Below, piece after piece: positions 30,229 through 43,105 of a stretch of DNA of 64,000 bases. The DNA lies in the NCBI GenBank assembly GCA_964035545.1, contig OZ037771.1:14135133-14199132 (forward strand), in the 5' to 3' direction. Numbering within the stretch: position 1 is the stretch's first letter; each line of letters opens with the position of its first letter. A program made the position numbers and the translations under genes. The DNA is from Bugula neritina. Its lineage: Eukaryota > Animalia > Bryozoa. The notes beneath the pieces are model-generated. The model was not told the origin of the DNA and did not search any database. It saw only the letters and a list, made by a program, of their open reading frames with translations.

Positions 30229-33026
30229 GGCCCATCTCAAAATATTTAGTACACACAGAAAAAAATTATCAAAAAATAAAATTTGTAGTAGAAAGCTCAA
30301 ACTTTGTGATAAGGGTAATTATTAGGTGCTGAATTCAAATATGAAATTATTTTTTGCTATAGGTGCTTAAACTTGACCTTTAACCTCTCAAAAGTCCGCA
30401 GTCCAAAAAAATGGTGAAATATAAATGTTTATATTTTAATAAGCAAAACATGGTTTTAGACTAATATAAGGGCTCTGAATTTAAAAATAATACTAGTTTT
30501 TATCTGTGATAGACACATTTATACCTTTGGCTTTATAAAGTCAACACCCAAAAAAAATTTATTAAAAATATTGCAGCATAAAGACAAAAGTTTTATGATT
30601 GGTTTTAAACAGAATGACTTTATTTTGGAAAATAATTTTCTACAGACTAAACTTTTAAAATTGACAGCATATGCATACAGCAGGTGCCTTTCCAAACCAC
30701 TTATGAGGTAGGCTAATAGCTTGTTACTTTTTTGTATAAATTGACAGTTCACCAGTAGTCCTATTATATGGAGTACAAGACATTCACACAAACAAAATGC
30801 ATGCACAAAACATAAAATATTGTCAACAAACCATGAAATACATATTCACTAACACACTTCCTTCTACCTTATCTACACTCACATCTCCTCCTACAAAAAA
30901 CAGTAAGACAAATTATAGAATGTTTGCTAATGTTGATGTTCACATTTAAACTTTCATCATTATTTCACAAGTAGCAGTTGCAGAAACCATGTGAGCTTGA
31001 GCTGATGTTATTGCAGCCCTCTCAATATTTTGCTAGTTGTAGGAGTAGATTGTTTAGTCTACATTTCTATTGTACTGGCTTCATCGTAAGATTTATCTAA
31101 ACTTAATTAAGCTGTATATTTCAAGTATGATTTTTATTTTAATCGCTCTTCTGAACTTTCAATTTGTCTATACTTGTTCAGATGTTGACATACCCCTCAG
31201 TTGTTGCTTCCTTCTCTCTTGCTGCTCTTCAGACCACTGCTTTTTTCTGATGAAGCATGGCTCCTAGCAGTGGACTGTTGCCTGGTCTTGAAAGGCATGG
31301 AACTATTCTATACAATATAAAAACTAAAATATATGAGTTTTTTAGTTTGGTAAGCTATTGAGACTAATGCTTAGAAGAATGAGGGTTAGCTATAATCTAA
31401 GTTATTGGCTATTAATAACTTAATGCATATGATGATGAAACTAAATAGTTGCAAAACAAGAGCTAGCCTTCAGAATAAAGTTGTATTTAAATTGACTATT
31501 AGTGTTACAAGCTATTACACTATTGACAAGTTGTTAGCAATGATTAATTTGCTTAAGTACCCGTAGCGTACATGTCCGTAGTATAACTTACTCATTCAAC
31601 TTAAACCTAAGGAGCTAATCCAAATCACTATTATGTACTAAGTAGATATATTAACATATTAATTTTATTGCAACTTATTCTTAAATTTCTAATTAAATTA
31701 AATTTATCAAGTGCAAACTATAAAAAATGCCAATAAGCAGGGATCAAGCACTCAGAGTGAGAGTAGTAAGAGTAAGAGTAATCACTTAATGCTTATGTTA
31801 TTAAGAAAAGTAATACTAATAGTATTAGTATTGGTAATATCATATTGAGTTCAATATCATTACACTTACAGTTTGAATTTACACATTGCAGTTTACAATA
31901 TTCAGTATTGACTATTGAATTCAAAATGAATCATTAAATGGTGAATGGCTACTACAATTTCAATTTGAATTTTAAGTTGCTGATCGCGACAATAAAAGTT
32001 TTAGTTGAATATAAATTATGGCAATTCAAAACTAAAGTCTAAATACGCAAGTGCAATTTAAACTTAATGCATTAAAAAGTTATTTACTTAGTTATTTAGT
32101 TCTTATTTCCCATTATCATTTATTTTAAATTATTAATATTAATAATAGAAATGTTATGATAAACTTAAAGAGTTACTCGTTATCGTTATGATTGGGATTA
32201 TCATTGTAAGAATTGATAAAACAAAAGAATAAAGCCTTAGAGAAAAATTGACTGAAAGTTATATTGTTTGATAAATATAAAAAGTTATGAGAAGTTTGGA
32301 AAAATACAATTAATACTAACCTGACGAAATAAATGAAAACTAAACCGCTATGCCATCAGATTATTTTCTTGGCAACAAACCGGATGCGCTACTATACTCT
32401 AAATTCTAGAAGTTTCAAGATGACTTTATTTATGAAAACAAAATTAGATTACTGTGTAATTATTTTATACTTATGAATAAACAAAATAAAAATATATTTT
32501 TTCTTGTAAAAAATGAGTTTGAGCAAAATAATAAAATTTAACTACTTTATTTGAGAGTGTAAACAGAAAGCGTTAGCAATTTCGTTCTCGCGTGCTCATA
32601 CTCAATTTACGGACAATTGTTGCGGACAAAAAATTCGTGAGGTTGAAACACTAAAACAGGAATATCTAAACTTGTACTGCTAGGAATTAGACATTCAGCA
32701 CACCAAGAGATTGACAAGCTTTTTTAGAACAGTTTAAGGAAAAAATTATAATCATAATATATATTTATAAAAAAGTTATGCTATGTCAAAGTTGAAATGT
32801 GTTACCCACTGAATTTATTTTTCAGTGGGTAAAATTTATAAACTTGTCATTTTTTCAATAAAAAATGCAAAATATAGCTTAAATATACTAATTTTATAAT
32901 AAATTAAAATGTTTTTTATTCTGGGACACAGTGAGTTCACATATTTGAAGCATCAGAGAGCTAGACAACATCATTTTTGAAAACCTGTCCTTATTTTGCA
33001 CTGTACTAATTATTTTGAGATGAGCC
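30229..33026. mobile_element. TIR DNA transposon (Sola-like, 4-bp TSD TACT) nested in the Dong element
   Basis: TIRs ggcccatctcaaaatatttagtaca / tgtactaattattttgagatgagcc, with TACT on both sides. Removing it restores the Dong frame AQDQ-LFT-TRNY. Confidence 0.75.
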
Positions 33027-33720
33027 TACTAGAAATTATAAAGTGGCTATGATGAGAGAACAGGGTAGCAAGAAGTGTGGAATGTGTAACGCAAGAGACA
33101 AAACTTCGATGCACGTATTGAGTGAGTTTGAGAAGGTAGCAGAAGGAGAATATAAGAAAAAACACAACCTTTTGGCATTGATAATTTCAATAGTAGTTGT
33201 GTGAACTTCGTGGGTTTCAGAAAAGTAAGAATTGGTACGGCCATCAAGCAGAATCAGTACTGGAAAATGATAATGTAAAAACCTTGTAAGAATTTAACAT
33301 ACACACTGACGTAGTCATCAAAGTCAGAAGACCCGATATATTAGTAGTTGACAAGCATAATGCTGAAACAACGATAATTGATATCACAGTCCCTGTTAAC
33401 TACAGAGTAAAAGAAAAAAATTCGAAAAGTTAGGAAAATATCAGAATTTAGCACTAGAATAAACCCGCCTTTGGAAAACATCAAAAAAGTCATCCCGTTG
33501 TAACTGGAGCCTTTGAAGCTTTATACAAGATTGTAGACTGGCTGACACTACTTGGAGTAGCTGAAAACAAATGCTCATTAATTCAGCAGACACCCTTACT
33601 AGGATCAGGATAAGCTCACATCCTGAGAAAAGTTCTATCCATTTCAGCCTAGTATAACTAGGCCAATGGTAAAAGGTTACACCAGCTAAAAAACTACGGT
33701 CAATCAACAATAATAATAAT
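33027..33720 (+). mobile_element. R4/Dong element, 3' part (zinc knuckle + restriction-like endonuclease)
   Basis: TRNYK...KCGMC...MHVLSE, WYGHQAESVLENDN, RRPDILVVDK...IIDITVP. Ends in (TAA)n. Confidence 0.8.
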
Positions 33721-34780
33721 ATACAACTATATTAGTGCAGTTGGTTCTATTATTAGATTAGCATATCGATTATGACTTTTCGATTGCCACCCTGATACTA
33801 TGAGTAAAATGTACAAGCATACGTGAAAGTATAGATATGATCATAAGTATAAAAATAGGTATAAGTATAAATATAAATATAGGTACAAGTATAAAACGAA
33901 TGATTATATTATTAATAATATTAGTCAGTGATACCTATAACCGTAATGGTTTTTAGACTTACAGTTATCATTAACATTAGCTGAGTAATATGATTAGTTA
34001 AAATAATGGTATTCATTATTATATCATAGTTATAAGTTATAACTCTAGTCTCTTAAGAGCAACAGCAAGTGTAATTGGGATATTCATATTAAATTTCATA
34101 TTCACATAGTGCAATGTTTATGTTATGAACTAATTTATTCCTTCAACATTTAACTATAAATATGATTAACACTAACTTTGACCAGCAGTATTACTAAAAG
34201 AAGCGTATTACACATATAAGATAATAAAATTCTAGTAGTAGGACTAATAGTATTACTAGGTCCAGTATTATTCTTGTTATCTTATTCATCATTCATGAGT
34301 TATCAAATTTAAAATTACTACTTATTAGCATCAGCATATAAAAAGTAAGATCATTAGGAATAATTATCATGAGGTATGATCTATGATTTGCATTATCCAT
34401 ATATAGTTTAATATCAATATGATATATTATTATTGCTGATAGTCTATGTTATAGTTAAATTTATACTTATCTTTACAGTTACCTATAGTAGCACTTACTA
34501 GTTATTTGTGGTAGCCAAACTAATGTTTAATATTAATAAATTAAACTGAGTATCATAAAAGTGTTACTAAGAATTTTAATTATAATCGTAATGGTGATCA
34601 TATTACTTTATTATAATTATTATATTTTATCATTAATGCTAAACTGAGTTAATGTATATACTTTGAGTTTTACTATTACTCATTATATTTACACTTATAG
34701 TAAAACTAAATATGTAAAAGTTATACTTATACTATTATTATTCGTATTTCATTAGACTTACATCTAAGATCGCAGTCCTA

Positions 34781-34927
34781 TTACTACTACCACTGATACT
34801 AGTACTACAACTAGTACTAGTACTGCTACTAGTACTAGTACTACTACTACTACTACTACTAATAGTACTGTTACTACTACTACTACTAGTACTACTACTA
34901 GGTTTACTACTGTACTAGTACAACTAC
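34781..34927. repeat. Imperfect (TAC/TAG)n microsatellite
   Basis: Directly visible. Confidence 0.9.
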
Positions 34928-37900
34928 AAACTTTGAAAATAACTGCAAGAAAGGTATGACTTACTCTTTTTCTTAGTCTTACTGTGACTCTCAGTCGTAA
35001 TGTAAAATACAATTGTGAACTGTAAAGTTAAACCCAAGGCTGAAATTTATTTAATTAAATTTAGACAATCTGAATCATTGGCTCAATCCTTGAGTTTGTC
35101 TATTACTATTATTATTAGTGTTACGATTGTGATTATCATTGGCATTAATATTATCATTATGCCATTATCATTATGATTGTAATTGTGGTAATTCTAACAT
35201 TAAAAATAATCATAAATTAAAAGGTAATGATTAATGATAATTATTTTCATTTTGTAATCATAATGATAATCATAATGATGTAAATTTTGATGTAAATTTT
35301 GATGTAAAATCAAAATACTAAAACTAAAAGTAAAAGTTATAAAATTAAATGATAAAATATTATAATGATAATTATTATATTTATTATATTATTATTGAAT
35401 ATATTATTTCATTAGAAAATAGGTTGCAGCTTAGCATGATTAAAATTCAGTAAAAATTAGTTTACCAACAGCAAACATGCATGCGTCTTGTCAACATTCA
35501 ATTCGTAGTGCCATAGCGAAGCCAGATTATTGGTAGTACGACTACTAGAACTACTACTACTAGTGATGGATTACAGATCCTTGGCGATTTTAACTGTGAG
35601 TGACCTTCACCTCACATTCTCGTCATGTGCGCGGCATTAGACTAAGTAGAGGGTATAAAGCACTGAGCTGGAAAAGAAATAATATATTTTAATTATAGGT
35701 AATACTAATAGTAATATAATTTATGGTAATATATAGGTAATATTATTGAGTTCTTTGGTATGGAGTATAGACCTATCACTGATAGTATCAGTATCAACTA
35801 CCACTTACGTACTACTTCAACTTATAACTTACCTTCAACTCAACCTGCTTGGAATCATTTGTCTTTGATCATATTCATATTGGCATTGTCATTGTGATTG
35901 TAATAACTATTAATATTTTTAGTTCAACATCAATGCCGAACATATTGTAATAACTAATAAGATAATCATAAGGTTGATATCTTTTGCTAATACTAATACT
36001 AATAGTAATAGTTATAGTAATTCAGTGTCACTCTCACTCTGGTGGAGTGAGACTCAGACTTAGAGTTAGAGACAGAGTGAGTCCGAGTAAGTCTGAGTGT
36101 TGGTAATAGTAATAGTCATATAAATTTAAATTATATTTACTTATTTCTAGCAATCACAATGGCAATAGTTATAGTAACTTTCACTTACTCTTAAATCATT
36201 GAACCTGAACTAAAAGTAAAATTAAGCATTATGATTATGATTATCATTATGATTATACCTATGATTTTATTATGTTTAAATTAAAAATCAATATCATGAT
36301 AATATCATAGTGATAGACATATTATTGATAAATGATAATATAAAAGTAATTTGATAAATTATACATTGATTTTGAATTAAGGTGATACTGATACTAGACC
36401 GGTACTGAAAGTGATAGTAATACTAATAGTAATAGTAATAGTCATATAAATTTAAGTTATATTTACTCATCACCGGCAATCACAATGGCAATAGTAACTT
36501 AAACTGTAACAGTAATGGTATGGGTATGTTTGAAATTGTCACTATCAATATTGCTATGAATCAAAATATAATGCTATCATACCAATAATTTAAAATAGTA
36601 TTACAAAGCTTCAGTAGCAACTTTTACTTGTACCAGTTTGCAATTTTGAATTATACATATTCTTAGTTGAAGTCTTCAAGTTTATTGTCAAAATGAACTT
36701 GAAATTAAAGACTTAGTAGTAAAAATTAAACTAAGACTGACTGTAAGTGACTAAGATTAAAAATAAGTAATTTTAAATATCGATTTAGTATTTTTCTTAC
36801 TCTTTGTCTTAAAATTGACTTTTATTTTGCACCTACTCCTGGTCAATGATTCTTTTTTCTATTTATATTACTATTGCTATTAGTATAATTGACTTAAATT
36901 TAATAATAGATATGATTATATCTTTATAAATGTGATATTTGATTTTATGAATAGTAATTCGAAAACTCTTTGGTATTATTTATTTTTGATCATTGTAGTT
37001 ATTATCATTATATTTGTGTAATAATTATGATTATCAAATTCAATATCGATATTTGTATTATGGTATGGATATCTGCCTCCATCCCGTGTTCTGTTTTGCA
37101 GTGCCTTTTTACATTCACGTCTAGGTTCACATTGCGATGGTCATACTGATAGCACTTGGGGACAGTGATGAGCATAATGATTATCACTAATATTAGGATT
37201 ATCGTTATTAGGATTTAGAATAATTTAATAAACAAGCAACTTAAAACAAATGTTTTTACTAATATACATATTAATTACTAATATAAATATACTACTATGA
37301 ATATTATAATTATTATACTTTACAATTCAAAGTAAGATAATCATAATACGAACTGGTAAAACTAAATATAAAGTAAATGTAATAATACTAATAGTAGTTA
37401 TCCATTCCCCTTTGGTTTCACATACTAATAATTGGAAACCTCTGTCCTAATATTATTTCTATTAATATTGCTCAAAGTTTGATCCCTATTTAATTTTATA
37501 GTTCACTCACCAGCTACATAATTTTATTAAAATACATGTGGTATTGGTTATAGTACTAGTGAAACTTGAAGTTGAATAGCATGCTTATTACTCACTGCTC
37601 TTTGCTTACATTATTAGGGTTACTCTTTAGTCTTAGAGATACCCTAACATAAACTTGAAAGCTGGAGGTAGTACTAGTCTAGTGCTGTGTTAATCCTACA
37701 CTGTTGACTTATCAACACTGTGACTATAATTATGACTCCTAAGTCAAAGTCATTTTCATATAGTAGTAATCACTATGACAGACTGAAAGTCAGGAAGACT
37801 AAATATAATGGTAAAGTGTGTAAGAATAAATCATACTTAATCAATTACTTTTAGTTTTGTTACCAGTGTTTGGTCAACTTTCAGAATAAAGAATAAATAT

Positions 37901-39476
37901 AATTATAAAGATAAATGGATAAAAATTCCAATCATGGTTTAATGTGCCTATTTTAAGCTGTTAATTTAATTACTATAATATAAGTGCTCAAAATACAACT
38001 TTTGATTTTCATAATTATGTTTTAATTTAATACAGATACCATAGTATCATATACAGTAGAATCAGTTGTATCTTATTTAATAATGAAGTAACTTATTGGA
38101 GCTTTCACAGTTATTAATTATTCACTTGTTAGTCTTTGAACTGGGACAATGTTTGAAACTTGAAGTAGAATGAAGTTTGATTTCAGTTACCGCAATGGTA
38201 TCTGCAGTCACAATAGGAATACGCATATAACTATGTTTATATTTGTGAAAAATATATAGTCAAAACTAGATAAGGTAATAGTAATTATAATTGGTTTCAC
38301 TTTTAATATATTCCTATAAACTGGAAAATAGACAGAAGCATTTAATCATGAAAGTAAACCTAATGGAAGTAAATCAATTCACCAAGTATAGTAAAATATT
38401 TACTATTCAGTAAGTTTATTTACTTTAGTTAATTGTACTTGATTATTTCTGTCGGTTTTTCAGTTGATTTTTCTACCTTTTGCTATAGCATATCAAACTA
38501 CCACTAAGTCATGCTTCCGTATTACAATTATAAACATAGTGTTACTGTGTAATGTTATAGTAATGTAATAGTAATATTTGGATCATTGTAAGTATTTCTG
38601 TTGTTGTACTGATTGATAAATATTTTTTAGCTTGCATGGATATTTGCAACGATCAAGATGTCATTTGAACCTGGACTGGAATAAAGATGGCAAATCGAGA
38701 AGCTAGCTACAATTATTCTGCAGAAAGAAACTTGGTAAGCAAAAATAAGCTGCAGCATTAAGCAGTAAGCAATATGACGATGAACTTTGCTTGATTTTGA
38801 TTGACCTTAAAATATCTGGTCACCTTTCACCAACGTGGTCCTGCGCGGGTGGCGGGTGACCTTAAAATGTCTGTTGCACGTAAAATAAATTTTGTGACAG
38901 TCAAAAGTATGCTGATCTTTTTCGTATTTCAGTGCATCGGTGTCTTAGCTTAAGAGCTGAACCCAACAATTATGATCTAAAGCTGTTTTTTACTAGAAAG
39001 TGATTTTACTGTCTTTCTGATTATTCTTGGTTTTTCAGCTTGATGAATTGAATAAATGGATTTGATTTCGGGTATTATGTAATGGATGAAAGAAATTTTT
39101 CTTAAATTTGTACTGAGCAATTTTTGCTATTGCTATGATGTTTAGTGATAAAATTGCACCCTTAATAACCCTGAAAACTTTCATTACTAGCATTTGTTTA
39201 TGTTCATTTTTAGGAAATTAAAATGAAGACACAACTCACCGATGCTATCTCACTGTGCCTGCATGCAGTTTATCTAAAAAGGTACTCCTATTAGCTGGCT
39301 CTTGCCCAATACCTGGTTGTCTCTGTAATTATTTTTTGCTCGCAGATAAGTTTTTTGAACTTGACATTTTATTGATTTTGAAAGTTATAGTGAGCTTTGA
39401 ACTTGCTAGCATCGTTTTTAAAGACTTGCTGCAGTTTTTATCAACATTTTTTAAGTCAATGGTGTTAGTTTGGAAG

Positions 39477-39743
39477 CTCTCTCACTCCTCTCTCTGTCTT
39501 TTTTTCCCACACCTTCCACTCAACCTCTCTCTCTTTCTCTCCCTCTCTCCCACCCTTCCTCTCTCCCACCCTCCCTCTCTCCCACCCTCTGTCTCTCCCA
39601 CCTTCTCTCTCTCCTAACCTTTCTCTCCTCTCTTTTCCACTATCTCTCTGACTCTCTCCCTTTTTCTCTTCTACCCATCTCTCTTCCATCCTCTCTCCTA
39701 ACCTTTCTCTCCCACCCCCCTCTCCCACTCTCTTTCTCTCTCT
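39477..39743. repeat. CT-rich low-complexity tract
   Basis: Polypyrimidine tract, source of spurious ORFs. Confidence 0.9.
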
Positions 39744-41468
39744 AGTTTGCATGGCTTTACCCAATTTTGGTTTATTTTTTATTTTGTTTCAGAGTATCCA
39801 AAAGGAAAGCTAAAATTTATTTAATATATATTATACCAAATTGAGCTTTACATATAATATCAAATAAATGCTGTGTTTTGTTAAAATCAATGTTTGCAAC
39901 TTTGTAGTATATTCAAATTCATAATTTATTTGTAGAGTCACACAACAAGACACTACTCTGACACACTCACAAGTTGCCACTGATCCAGCAGTATAGATGA
40001 TTGTTTTCTCCACTGGCTATGCTGTCACGCTTTACTGATGTGGTGTTTGAAACAAACCAATTGTTTGCCTACGCAGACTAGGGTGAGAAAAAAAGTGAGA
40101 AATGATAGCTGTTTTTAATACCAACTACACTTAGTTTTTATTGAATGAAAAACAAAGTGAAATCATTAGTTATCAGTTAAATGACTAAATCACTGTTTAT
40201 AAAGATGAAACACAAATAATCTTATAATATGGTAATGAAATTTGGCTTTCAAATAGCTTTTTTCTGTATATTTGTCGAGGAAGTTTATCTTCAACAAAAC
40301 TCCGTAGCTGTTGAATATGTGGAGAATATTTTATGTTGCATAAATTTATAGAGTAAAAGGTTCTAATCAAAATTTTTCAACTTGGCTCATCTACGGTTTA
40401 AAAGTGTGAGTCACCCTTCACACTAGAGTTTTATAAAGTTTTAATGAATGTGCAGTATTTCATAAAATATTGTGTGTCTCGTAAATTTAGCTATTTATAC
40501 CTTTTCAGTGAGATTGGAGTAAACACACCTCAAAATTCACATCTGTTATCACATTGATTTATCGCAAGTCAAAGTACACCTACTAACTCGTCCTTCCTTA
40601 ATACCTGCTTGCTTTTGCACTTCTACTCATTTCATATACCTAACATTTCTCTTGCAGATGAATTACATCTTTTAAGTTGTAAAAGCCTTAAATAGCATGA
40701 AATTAATGAGGTTTAAACCGTGGCCACACTAACTATTGATGCGTTTATTGATGGGTTAAATTACACGAAAATATTGTCTCTTTCTTTTTAGTTTCACCTA
40801 AAGTATTACATACTATTGATGGAGGCTTTGCTGAAGTTTTTGGGTGATGATTTGTCAATAGTTTTCCAGAGAAGATGATGCCACGATGGCTGGCGTCATT
40901 ATGCAATTTCCAAATTTCTTTCGGCTTTGCTCTAGTGAAAATGTTGGAAAACAATCAACAAAAAGGTTTGTACTATAAACAAAGTTATTGTGTGCATGTT
41001 GCCAAAGCATAAAGTGTGCTGGACATTTTTAAGTTTCTGTTGAGTTGCGTTTATGCTTTTCCTGCATGAAAAAAATTCCAGTTTCAGTTAATATCACTAG
41101 CTGAGTGCCCACCTATATTTTAAATCATATTGATGCATAAGTTCTTTTTGTAATATTAAATGTATAACTTGCTTAATTGCTATTCAATGCCCTTTGAAGT
41201 TTCCAACTGTAATTAATTAGTTGATTTGGCAGCATAGTATCGATGATTGATGAAGGCAGCCGATATAATTATAAGCATAAATATCCATATCTACATGAAG
41301 ATGTCATTCCCAATGATTGTTATTCTGAAATCAGCTGATTAAGTTATCACAAACTAGACATTTTGACCAGCGGCTTTTACAATGCAACTCGGTGAAATTT
41401 CAGACCTAGATAAATTGAATTTCTTACTGAAAATCGTGAAGGTATTAAAGTTTAAAGTGAAAGTTTAA

Positions 41469-42156
41469 CCCTTTGGCGATCAACTTTGAAGTTGTGTAAT
41501 TTCAAGCCTCGTTTGAGTTTATCGCGAAATTTGCTAAAAAAATTTGCATAACTTTCAATTTCATTATTAAAAAGTTACACTTGATTTTAGCCTTAATTAA
41601 ACTGGATAATATAATTTTAAAAGTATTTTCTTTTATAAAAAGCTTCTTAAAGTGACGGGAGACCTCAATTCTAGCTAAAATCAGTCATTTTAATTTGCCT
41701 CTCAAAAGCGCCATTTTGAAATTGAAAATTTAAAATGATAAAATTAATTTATAATATGATTTAAAATATAGTGAATTTAACATTTCTGTCTATTTAGATG
41801 TTCTTCTAAATGTAATCTGAATAAAATAAACTGGCTCTCTATAATTTGACAGCAGTTTCATGCATTTGAAAGTAGCGTTAAAATTTACCGACAATTTTAA
41901 ATTTAGGGATTAAATTGAAAAGCAACTAGCTGGCTTGGTAGCTATTAATTTAATCAAATTTAATGGCTCTAATTATTCCAAAAATACTAAGCTGTCCTAT
42001 CAACCTCAATTACAAAAAGTTTTAGGCTTTTCAGTTGAAAACTGGAAGTTTGAAGTAAGCGCTATTGTTTGTTTACCTAAAAGACCATATATGGTCCATT
42101 GATCTGTGGATAGTGTCGCTTTCAGGGACATATATGGTCCATTGATCGCGTAAGGG
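41469..42156. mobile_element. Non-autonomous piggyBac-like element
   Basis: TTAA|CCCTTtggcgatcaa ... ttgatcgcgtAAGGG|TTAA. Subterminal direct repeat catatatggtccattgatc x2 near the right end. Confidence 0.8.
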
Positions 42157-42998
42157 TTAAAGGGTCATCTCTCTGCGAATTCTAATAGCATGGTGCCAAT
42201 TAGACTTGAAAAAAATTCAAGGCACTATAAAGCACTAAGCCCATTCTTACAAGTAGTTTCAAAGTGCACTGGAATTTCAGTTTACTTGTCATTGTATAGA
42301 ATCCTGATCTACACTATATAGCATTCACTATTGCCTGCTTCTTCTAAGCATCTATAATGTATTAACTACAGTTTGCTTTGAGAAGTGAATTTCTACTTGG
42401 TATTTTTTCCTTATCGTTCTGTTGTTTGCCAGTAGTCTTAATTTAATGGATTTTCCCTTTTCAAAAGTGGTTGTGACAATCAAACACATCATGCAGCCTG
42501 CAACTACACAATCAGTCAGTGATTTCTTCCATTAAAGTAGCTCTTCTGGTTACCCTTGCTCACCTAAAAGCCTGAGCCTCATTCAAATTGCAAGTTTTTA
42601 GAGTTGTTAATTTTTCATGCAGTCTTTCATTTTTTTTTGTTAGGCACAAAATTAGTATTCACTAGACCTAATATTTCATCTGCATGTATGCCTATTGTTT
42701 GTTCATTAAAGAAAAACCTCTGCTGAATATTGAACTAAAAATGAAAATGAATTCCCTAAACTAAAAGTAGCAGTGTGATTTTGGTATTACAATTAGTTGT
42801 TAGCATAGAGTCAAGTTATTGACAGGAATTTTCAAATTGAAATGAATGAATTTCATTGTAAGTCAGCAAGATTTAGTCTAAGTAAACATAGCATTACATC
42901 GTGTTTTATTTAGCATTTGTAGAAGGCAGCATATATTTTTAAGGATTATTGTAAACTTAAATGTAATTTTAAGTACTTTCCATGTTTGTTATTGTAGA

Positions 42999-43105
42999 TG
43001 GTCGTGTTCTTTGGATTGGATGTGACAACTCCTTGTGTCAAACTTAACTGATTGACTACTGAATCCCAATCATGTTTTGCCAAAAAATGTGAAAATGGAG
43101 TGCAT
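42999..43105 (+). pseudogene. Degenerate PHD-finger-like exon near right end of the giant element
   Basis: ttgtag| then GRVLWIGCDNSLC followed, after disruption, by FCQK/C. Resembles the WIxCDxC...FxCxxC part of a PHD finger. Confidence 0.35.

Noticed and set aside
30222-30240. CACTA/Chapaev terminus (cactactggccc)
   Set aside because: No matching ...GTG at the right end. The GG-start model with a TACT TSD restores the host Dong frame.
34764-35012. Val-rich hydrophobic ORF
   Set aside because: Derived from the (TAC)n microsatellite.
39255-39764. Ser/Pro/Leu- and Glu/Arg-rich ORFs
   Set aside because: CT-rich low-complexity tract.
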